Shown in pieces: positions 57,016 through 64,000 of a stretch of DNA of 64,000 bases. Position 1 is the first letter of the stretch, and each line of letters starts with the position of its first letter. Under the pieces are notes generated by a model. The model saw only the letters and a list, made by a program, of their open reading frames with translations. It ran no database searches and had not been told where the DNA came from. This stretch comes from Spirochaetota bacterium (GTDB lineage Bacteria; Spirochaetota; UBA4802; UBA5550), in the NCBI GenBank assembly GCA_041753395.1, contig JBGSUQ010000025.1, positions 268,189 to 332,188 on the forward strand. Reading direction: 5' to 3'. The translations under genes and the position numbers were made by a program.

Positions 57016-58815
57016 TTAATTAGTATACATCCCATCAATGGTTTTCTTAAATTTTTCGGTTATGACATTCTTTTTTAGCTTCAATGTCGGCGTTGCGGTT
57101 CCGTTATCAATGGTGAATTCCGGGACAATGGTGTGCCGCTTGATGCTTTCAAAGCTTGCAAGCTGGGAATTCACTTTTCCCATTTCACGCTCAATCAATT
57201 CGATGATTCCCGGATGGGCGGTAAGCTCCCCGAAATCGGAGAAGGATATGGCGTTTACTTTTGCAAATTCGGCGATATTGTCCATCTCCAGGGTTATTAG
57301 CGCAGTGAGATACTTACGGTTGTCGCCGATGACACAGGCCTGGTTAATGTATTTCGATGATGTGATCATGTATTCCAACGGCGCAGGCGCGATGTTCTTT
57401 CCGCCCGATGTGATAATAAGTTCTTTTTTACGGCCCGTTATCATGAGATTGCCCTCGGGATCGGTTACACCCAGGTCGCCGGTATAGAGCCACCCTTTTT
57501 TTAACACATCTGCCGTCTCTTTCGGCATTTTATAATAGCCTTTCATGACATTCCTGCCCCGGTATAAAATCTCACCGTCATCGGCGATTTTCTGTTCCAC
57601 GCCCGGCGCGGGATGTCCCACTGTGCCAAACTTCAGATTATCAAGGGTGGTTACGTTGGTGAAGGAGCAGTTCTCGGTCATGCCATAGCCTTCCAGGATG
57701 GTGATCCCGGCGGCATGAAAGAACCTGGCCACGGTCGGGTTTAATGGGGCCGCCCCGCTGACGCAGAATCGAACCCTGCCGCCCAGGGCCTCCTTGAGTT
57801 TGCTGAAGATAAGCATTGACATGAGATTGTATTTTTTTTGCAGAAAATACGGGATCGGCTTCTTCTGCAGTACGAGATCGCTGTACCGGTAACCGATGGC
57901 GAAGGCCTTGTTGAAAAGGAAAAGAGCCAGCCCCCCCTTGGACTCCGCTCCCGCGAGTACCCTGGCGTAAACCTTGTCGAAAACCCTTGGCACGCAGGGA
58001 AACCAGTGCGGTTTTACAATTTTGAAGTCATTTATGACGGTCTCCATGCTCCGGCTGAAGGTCAGTGTGATATTGCTGATAATTGTCGCGTAGATATCAA
58101 CCCGTGCAAAAACATGGGCGAGGGGGAGGAAGAGGAGTGTTTCATCCGATTCATCGATCGGCACGCAGTTTCGGACCGATTGACTGCTGAAAATAATATT
58201 GTCATGGGTGATCATGGCGCCTTTGGGTACGCCCGTGGTTCCCGAGGTGTATACAATGGTCGCGACATCGGAGGGCTTGACTTTTTTTATGGCAAGGGAA
58301 ACTTTCCTGGGGGTGACAGCGGCCCCCAGCCGTAAAAATTCATCAAAGGAGAGCACCCCTTTCTTCAAGGGGCCTTTATAACTATCGTCCATTACTACCA
58401 GGTGTTTTACGGATGTGATCCGTTTTTTAATTGAGAGGATTTTTTGCAGCTGCTTTTCATCTTCGACAAAGAGCACCTTCGAACCCGAATGTCTGACAAT
58501 GTATTCAGTTTCTTTTACTGTATTTGAATGATATAGCCCGATGGAACAGGCGCCGATGGTCACGGTCCCAAAATCGCACATGACCCATTTGTAATTGGTA
58601 TAACTGAGGATGCTGACGCGATCGCCTTTTTTTATCCCGAGTTTCATTAAACTTCTGGAAACAGCAAGCACCTGTTCGTAAAATTCGCGCCAGGTGACCG
58701 AACCGGTCTCGCCTTTGTCATTAAGTATCCAGCGGTAGGCGGTTTTTTGAGGGTTTTTGTCAATGGTGACTTTCACCATATCGTGAATGTTCTTAAAATT
58801 AATTATATTTTTCAT
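57016..58815 (-). CDS. long-chain fatty-acid--CoA ligase (AMP-forming)
   Basis: AGGAGGAT SD before ATG 58815. AMP-binding motif TSGTTGVPKGAMITH. C-terminal ...GDLG...GRKKELII. Confidence 0.85.
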   Translation of the reverse strand: MKNIINFKNIHDMVKVTIDKNPQKTAYRWILNDKGETGSVTWREFYEQVLAVSRSLMKLGIKKGDRVSILSYTNYKWVMCDFGTVTIGACSIGLYHSNTVKETEYIVRHSGSKVLFVEDEKQLQKILSIKKRITSVKHLVVMDDSYKGPLKKGVLSFDEFLRLGAAVTPRKVSLAIKKVKPSDVATIVYTSGTTGVPKGAMITHDNIIFSSQSVRNCVPIDESDETLLFLPLAHVFARVDIYATIISNITLTFSRSMETVINDFKIVKPHWFPCVPRVFDKVYARVLAGAESKGGLALFLFNKAFAIGYRYSDLVLQKKPIPYFLQKKYNLMSMLIFSKLKEALGGRVRFCVSGAAPLNPTVARFFHAAGITILEGYGMTENCSFTNVTTLDNLKFGTVGHPAPGVEQKIADDGEILYRGRNVMKGYYKMPKETADVLKKGWLYTGDLGVTDPEGNLMITGRKKELIITSGGKNIAPAPLEYMITSSKYINQACVIGDNRKYLTALITLEMDNIAEFAKVNAISFSDFGELTAHPGIIELIEREMGKVNSQLASFESIKRHTIVPEFTIDNGTATPTLKLKKNVITEKFKKTIDGMYTN

Positions 58816-59052
58816 GCATATATCCTCCTGTCTGACTATCTGGTAGCAGCATATCTTACTACAATCATTTGTGGATAAAACAATGTGTCTGATAATCAAT
58901 AAATATCAAGAAAAAAAATATATGCCCGGCAAATAAAAAAGGCATCGCGGACTTACGCCTTGTTCATCTCTGGAATGGGACGAGTCATTGTTATCGTTTG
59001 GTTTCTTCTTATTTCATGAAAGTTGAATAGGGCAACAAGTGCAAAGGATGGT

Positions 59053-59412
59053 TCATTCGTCTCCCTCATAGGGCGTCGAAGTCCAGGGGAAAATATTTTT
59101 TGATTCTTTTAAGGCGTAGTCTTCTATTTTTTTATACCATGTAATATATTTATCATGTAATACTCTTCCCATATCAGATAACTGATAGCCTCCCGGGGTT
59201 TTATCCAATAATTTATAGCCGAGCACTTCTTCTGTTTTTTTAATCCTACCCCAGGCGGCCCGATATGATATGCCCATTTTCTTGGCGGCGTTTTGAAGTG
59301 ACCCGTATTTTTCAATATTCTCTATCAATTTGGCCCTTCCCGGGCCCAGAATCATACCCTGGTCCGATTCTATCCACGCGTGAATCCGGATTACCGCTTT
59401 TAAATCATTCAT
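59053..59412 (-). CDS. ModE-N-terminal-like wHTH regulator (no TOBE domain)
   Basis: GAGGAA SD. LQNAAKKMGISYRAAWGRIKKTEEVLGYKLLD resembles the ModE/LysR-type HTH. 119 aa. Confidence 0.6.
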   Translation of the reverse strand: MNDLKAVIRIHAWIESDQGMILGPGRAKLIENIEKYGSLQNAAKKMGISYRAAWGRIKKTEEVLGYKLLDKTPGGYQLSDMGRVLHDKYITWYKKIEDYALKESKNIFPWTSTPYEGDE

Positions 59413-59450
59413 GATATTCCTCGGAGTTAAAATAATTCCCCCATGCACCA

Positions 59451-60056
59451 TCACCTGGCGTATGGATCGTCGCCTTTGCAAGCAGGACAGAGGGGCCCGT
59501 CCTTGATTTTAAACGCTTCACCGCATGACGCGCAATTCGCGATACGGCTGCCATGCGCGTGACCGGCAATCAATTCAGGCTTGATTTTTATTTTTTTCAT
59601 ACTGCACAGCTCTGCGCCCGCTTCCTTGATCTGCGAAATGAGAAGCGGATAATCCTGCTCCTTTTTGGGTTTGAGCTTATAGAACCAGTTTTTAATTTCT
59701 GGCCATCTTTCAATCTTTGAGGAATCGACAAACACCCTGATCCCCTCGCCGGTGCTTTTTTCATACAGGCTGATCGCAAATCTGCTGAAATTCATGACCC
59801 GCAGCCACCCGTTGCCGATGGTGCAGGGGGTCAGGAGCTGTATCGCGTCAGGAAGGCAGGTTTTCGTTTCCGATATGGCATCGAAGAATTCCCCATCGGG
59901 CAGGTTTTTCAGGGCGAGGTCCACCATGAAACCGCCTATCAGCAGCCCCGGTGCCAGGCTCCCGTGAAATTCTTTCACGATACGGATATAATCTTCCAGG
60001 TTGTATGTATCCATTTTGTTGTCATAGGTCAGTCTTCTGATTGATTTCTGTTCCAT
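59451..60056 (-). CDS. FmdE/FwdE-domain protein with C-terminal zinc ribbon
   Basis: GGAG SD. FmdE-like motif HGSLAPGLLIGGFMVDLAL. C-terminal CASCGEAF...CPAC. It sits in the mod operon, a common context for this family. Confidence 0.65.
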   Translation of the reverse strand: MEQKSIRRLTYDNKMDTYNLEDYIRIVKEFHGSLAPGLLIGGFMVDLALKNLPDGEFFDAISETKTCLPDAIQLLTPCTIGNGWLRVMNFSRFAISLYEKSTGEGIRVFVDSSKIERWPEIKNWFYKLKPKKEQDYPLLISQIKEAGAELCSMKKIKIKPELIAGHAHGSRIANCASCGEAFKIKDGPLCPACKGDDPYAR

Positions 60057-60169
60057 GTTTTTCTCCGTTAAGTTCATTAGTATTGTTGCATTAAAAACAA
60101 TGCACTGCCGTGGCCTTGAATGATATGCATATCTGATTCCCGGCCTTAATGTCAAGTTCGATCATAGTA

Positions 60170-61225
60170 TCACCCCAACCTTCTGAACGCCGTGGCCTTT
60201 ATCGCCGCATAAATTTTTATTCCCTTCTTTATACCAAGATCTTCGGCAGACTGCCTGACAATCTCCGCGATAAGATGTTCTCGCCCGCATTCCAGCTCCA
60301 CGCCCAGCCTGCCTCCTGTTTCGAAAACATCGGACACCCTGCAGTTGAGCAGATTACGGGCGCTTATCGCTTCAGGATGTCGCTTGCAGAGAATAATCTC
60401 CGACGATGAAAGTTCGAAAAGGGCCTCGGGTTGGTCGTCGCCTGCAGAAATAAGCAACTGCTGATCTCCCCATTTGTATACGGGCAGTCCATGGATTCGG
60501 TGGGGGCGTCTGAGCTTGAGGAGGTTAATATAATTGGCCGCGTGATCACCCATGTGGATCCGCGCCAATTCCTCCACTGTCATCAGCCCGGTAATTTGCC
60601 CGCGATCCAGGGTCAGCACTTTCTCTGTCATGATCCTCGTTTCAATCAGTGAATGCGAGATGAAGAGATACGGTATGCCGAATACCTCGCAGGCATTTTT
60701 CAGAAAAGGAATGATCTGGTATTTCAGATTATCATCAAGCCCCGACAGCGGTTCGTCCATTATGAGCAGCCGCGGGTTGGAAAGAACAGCCCGGCCGATG
60801 GCGACTCTCTGGCGCTCGCCGCCGGAGAGGTTCCCTACTCCCCGGTTAAGCAGTTGACCGAGTTGCAGGACCGATATCAAACTGTCCAGTTTTATTGTCC
60901 GATTTTGCTGGGGGCAACGCCGGTAACCGTACAGGAGGTTGCGTTTAACGCTCATATGCGGGAAAAGATGGGGCCGTTGGAAGACCATGCCGATGCGGCG
61001 GTGCGGGACCGCTAGGTTCATCCCGTTCCGGCTATCGAAAATGGTTTCCCCATCAAGAAGGATAACACCCTGATCCGGACGATGTAATCCCGCAAGGACC
61101 CCCATCAGGGTTGATTTCCCGCTCCCCGATGGCCCGAAGAGACCGATACGATTGCCCTCGAGATCAAAATCGGCATCAAGTTGAAATGCGCCGAACTGCT
61201 TATGTATGCCCATGCTCAGTTTCAT
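60170..61225 (-). CDS. modC: molybdate ABC transporter ATP-binding protein with C-terminal TOBE domain(s)
   Basis: Walker A GPSGSGKST, LSGGERQRVAIGRA and a TOBE-like tail. The start is 1 nt after the modB stop. Confidence 0.85.
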   Translation of the reverse strand: MKLSMGIHKQFGAFQLDADFDLEGNRIGLFGPSGSGKSTLMGVLAGLHRPDQGVILLDGETIFDSRNGMNLAVPHRRIGMVFQRPHLFPHMSVKRNLLYGYRRCPQQNRTIKLDSLISVLQLGQLLNRGVGNLSGGERQRVAIGRAVLSNPRLLIMDEPLSGLDDNLKYQIIPFLKNACEVFGIPYLFISHSLIETRIMTEKVLTLDRGQITGLMTVEELARIHMGDHAANYINLLKLRRPHRIHGLPVYKWGDQQLLISAGDDQPEALFELSSSEIILCKRHPEAISARNLLNCRVSDVFETGGRLGVELECGREHLIAEIVRQSAEDLGIKKGIKIYAAIKATAFRRLG

Positions 61226-61226
61226 G

Positions 61227-61913
61227 TCAGACCACCCTTCCCGTGCGTCTGCCGATCCATTCATGGAAAATGAGCACCGCCACGGAGATGGTGATGGACA
61301 CGCTGCACAGCGCAATGGCCATGAAATCGCCACCGGGGGAACTGACATATTCATAGATCGCAAGCGGGATTGTCTGAGTGACACCCGGTATGTTACCGGC
61401 TACAATGATCGTGGCCCCGAATTCACCCAGGCCGCGGGCAAACATGAGCACGGATCCGGCAATGATCCCCCGCAGGGAAAGCGGCAGGATCACCGTTATT
61501 ACGGTATCAAGCCAGCCGGCCCCGAGGGTGCGCGAGGCCTGGATGAGCCCCCGGTCGATCATCTCCATCCCGATGCGCATCGACCTGACCATCAGGGGAA
61601 AGCCCACCACCGCCGTGGCGATCACCGCCGCCTTCCATGTAAAAATAAGTTCGAGGCCCAGGGGCTGGAGTATGGTCCTGCCGATCCACCCGTGCCGGCC
61701 CAATAGCAGCAGGAGGAGATATCCGACCACGACGGGCGGCAGTGTCAGGGGGAGATTGACGATACCGTCCAGGACGATCCTGCCCCGGAATTTATGAAAC
61801 GTCATGAGATAGGCCACGGCAAAACCGAAGGGTAACGACAGCACGGTGGCCGTGGTGGCCACCTTGACTGAAAGCAGTATTGCCGAATAATCGGCTGGAG
61901 TGAAACTGAGCAT
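61227..61913 (-). CDS. modB: molybdate ABC transporter permease
   Basis: ModB/CysTW-like 5-TM permease containing the EAA-loop region (ASRTLGAGWLDTVITVILPL). Confidence 0.85.
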   Translation of the reverse strand: MLSFTPADYSAILLSVKVATTATVLSLPFGFAVAYLMTFHKFRGRIVLDGIVNLPLTLPPVVVGYLLLLLLGRHGWIGRTILQPLGLELIFTWKAAVIATAVVGFPLMVRSMRIGMEMIDRGLIQASRTLGAGWLDTVITVILPLSLRGIIAGSVLMFARGLGEFGATIIVAGNIPGVTQTIPLAIYEYVSSPGGDFMAIALCSVSITISVAVLIFHEWIGRRTGRVV

Positions 61914-61919
61914 ACAGCG

Positions 61920-62669
61920 TTATTTTACCGCAAAGCCATATTTGGATAGAACCTTCTTTGCACGGGCGGATTGCATGAACTTAAAGAAGGCTGCCGCTTC
62001 GTTTTTCTTCGCGCCGGTTACGGTGAGCGCCACAATATACGTTATCCGCGGGTATAACTCCTGCGGCATTATAAAAAGGATCTTTACATTCCTTGCCATG
62101 ATCCCAGCATCAGTCTTATACACAAAAGCGCCGTCGACCTCTCCGCGTTCGGCATACATCAGGCATTCACGGACATCTTTCGCCATCACCAGTTTATCTT
62201 TAAGCTTCTTATCAATATTTGCCTTCTTGAAGGCCTCCATTGCGTATTGGCCGGCGGGCACATTCTTCGGGCTGCCGATAGCTATCTTTTTCAGTTTGAC
62301 CACATCGTCCAGGCTGCCTGACTTCAGCTCCGGCCTGCCTACAAAGACCAGTTCATTGAAGGCGAATGCTGCAATTGCGTTGGCATCAACAATTTTCTTT
62401 TCTTTCAAATAATCAACCCATTCGAAATTGGCAGAGAAGAAAACATCACAGGGAGCGCCGTTTTCTATCTGCTTTGCCAGGGCCCCGGAGCCGCCAAGGT
62501 TTCTCCGGAATGAAACAGTGGTATTCTTTTTAGCAAAGTCATTAGAGAGTGCCGTGACGACCTCCTTCAGGCTGGCCGCAACGGAGAGGTTAACATCAGC
62601 AGCAAAGATTGGTCCGACTGATAGGACGAAGAAAAACAAGCTCAAAATCAGTCTGATGATTTCCTTCAT
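61920..62669 (-). CDS. modA: molybdate (possibly tungstate) ABC transporter periplasmic substrate-binding protein
   Basis: Signal peptide then ModA-fold motifs (VSAASLKEV..., GSGALAKQIENGAPCDVFFSA). AGAGGTGA SD. Confidence 0.8.
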   Translation of the reverse strand: MKEIIRLILSLFFFVLSVGPIFAADVNLSVAASLKEVVTALSNDFAKKNTTVSFRRNLGGSGALAKQIENGAPCDVFFSANFEWVDYLKEKKIVDANAIAAFAFNELVFVGRPELKSGSLDDVVKLKKIAIGSPKNVPAGQYAMEAFKKANIDKKLKDKLVMAKDVRECLMYAERGEVDGAFVYKTDAGIMARNVKILFIMPQELYPRITYIVALTVTGAKKNEAAAFFKFMQSARAKKVLSKYGFAVK

Positions 62670-63184
62670 TGTTGTTTCACCTCTTGACTAGCTAATAACC
62701 ATTCAATACCGATACTCGGACCCGATCCAGAGGTTAAGAGTACGGATCGTATTAGAATCACCCGGGAAGTGTCGGCTCTCAATTAATTACTCATTTCTTT
62801 AGAGATATATGTTTTTTTAAGCATATATAGTGTCAACAAAATTATCGTAATTTATCATATCTTGTAATTATTTAAGATAATTTAAGATTGAAATATTTCC
62901 ATTACTAAACTGAGTGATTTATGTGTTATATTTAACAGGACATATCGATTAAAATGATCGGCTAAAATTAACATATTGCAGTTATTGAATATTAAAAAAA
63001 AACTATTGACCACTGCGTATAATATTTCTTTGTTTGTTACATAGCAAAAAATATCAGCGCAGATTAACCGCTTAGTCGTATAAACAGGCCGTGAGAGGAA
63101 ATTATAGTCCTTAATAATAAATAAACAATCAATAAAAAGCTCCTGAAACGATGTATGTAATGATTGTATAAATAAGGTGGTACA

Positions 63185-64000
63185 ATGAAAAAAGAAGCGA
63201 ATGCCGACATCAAAAAAATAATCGGGGAGTATCCGAAAAAAGAATCTGCTGCTTTACCGGTACTGCAGTATCTCCAAAAGCAAAACCACAACGTTTTAAA
63301 TGATGCGTCCATCGACGTTGCTGCCAGTGCAGTTGGAATTAGTAAAAGCAAAGCCTTTGGCATAGCAACCTACTATACCATGTTCAATACAAAAAAGGTG
63401 GGCAAATACCACCTTCAGGTGGATACCTGCGTTCCAGGTTTTTTGCACGGGGCGGATGAAATAGTTAAGCATCTCAGTAAAAAACTCGGCATACAGGTTG
63501 GTGATACCACTGATGACGGGCTGTTTACTCTTTCAACAGTGCAGGACCTTGCATCCTGCGCCACCGGACCGGTCATCCAGGTAAACGACCGTTATTATGA
63601 AAACATGACCATTGAAAAAACCGACGCCCTCATCAAAGCCCTTAAAAAAGACCAGCAACCAGAAAGCGACACAAGCATGAATGTCGTTTCCGAATGCGGA
63701 ATACTGTTAAATGACCGCTCGAAAAAAGACTGCCGGTCGCTCTCCGCATATAAAAAGATCGGCGGTTATACGGCGTTGAAGAAAGCGCATGCGATGAAGC
63801 CGGAAGATATCGTTAACGAAGTAAAGGAGTCGAAAATCCGGGGACGGGGCGGCGCAGGATTCCCGGCCGGTATGAAATGGTCGTTCCTGCCTAAAAACGA
63901 CCCGAGGCCGTCTTACCTTATATGCAACGCGGACGAGGGTGAACCCGGCACATTTAAAGACAGACAGATAATGGAATTCAACCCGCATCTGCTTATCGAG
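63185..64000 (+). CDS. NuoE-like domain fused to an NuoF-like NADH-binding flavoprotein subunit, 5' part (hydrogenase or formate-dehydrogenase HoxF/HndC/FdhB-type); the gene continues beyond the window
   Basis: AAGGTGG SD. The N-terminal 24-kDa-subunit-like fold keeps only two of the four canonical [2Fe-2S] Cys (DTCVPGF, SCATGP). From residue ~200 come NuoF motifs [15 protein letters not shown] and [10 protein letters not shown]. Confidence 0.8.
   Translation, partial: MKKEANADIKKIIGEYPKKESAALPVLQYLQKQNHNVLNDASIDVAASAVGISKSKAFGIATYYTMFNTKKVGKYHLQVDTCVPGFLHGADEIVKHLSKKLGIQVGDTTDDGLFTLSTVQDLASCATGPVIQVNDRYYENMTIEKTDALIKALKKDQQPESDTSMNVVSECGILLNDRSKKDCRSLSAYKKIGGYTALKKAHAMKPEDIVNEVKESKIRGRGGAGFPAGMKWSFLPKNDPRPSYLICNADEGEPGTFKDRQIMEFNPHLLIE

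Noticed and set aside
1-64000. Searched by eye for tRNA (T-arm GGTTCGAATCC-like), rRNA, tmRNA, RNase P, integrase, transposase, restriction-modification or toxin-antitoxin signatures.
   Set aside because: None found. The PIN domain present is the housekeeping YacL-like PIN/TRAM protein next to cdnL, not a TA toxin.

Overview
This 64 kb window looks like a chromosomal segment from an anaerobic bacterium. Coding regions are about 50-55% GC and intergenic regions are AT-rich; most genes use GGAGG-type ribosome-binding sites. Taxon is uncertain: the gene content (hgcAB, an F420H2-dehydrogenase-like protein, a flavodiiron protein, hemerythrin, NuoEF-like) fits an anaerobic bacterium.

Conserved core:
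- The rimP-nusA-infB-rbfA-truB-rpsO-pnp translation/transcription cluster at 23.4-32 kb.
- Class A PBP, CarD/CdnL and a PIN/TRAM protein, then an M16 peptidase, bactofilin, a LysM-M23 peptidase and glyS.
- A surface-polysaccharide cluster at 14-19.4 kb: Wzx-like flippase, FrhB-like Fe-S flavoprotein, polysaccharide pyruvyl transferase, GT2. A GT4 and an LbH acetyltransferase lie further on.
- A UvrD/PcrA helicase, a receiver-GGDEF regulator and an MCP.
- A hemerythrin / ferredoxin / flavodiiron-protein O2/NO-detox unit.
- An acyl-CoA ligase plus acyl-CoA dehydrogenase pair.
- A modABC-fmdE-modE molybdate/tungstate uptake operon.
- The 5' end of a NuoE-NuoF fusion gene at the window end.

Most notable feature: a 13-gene, co-directional, tightly packed minus-strand operon at 41.3-50.4 kb. 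It is headed by the mercury-methylation genes hgcA and hgcB and continues through arsR, two paralogous membrane-anchored thioredoxin-fold proteins, an ArsP-like DUF318 permease, a small thioredoxin, a DGC-domain protein, CcdA, the ACR3 arsenite carrier, an MtrA-like corrinoid protein and arsC. It ends in a radical-SAM/SPASM enzyme. Three junctions are ATGA-coupled.

A dispersed family of G5/C5-rich inverted-repeat elements (MITE/REP-like) occurs at three loci, one of them inside the hgcA promoter region.

No rRNA, tRNA, CRISPR array, transposase or integrase was found.
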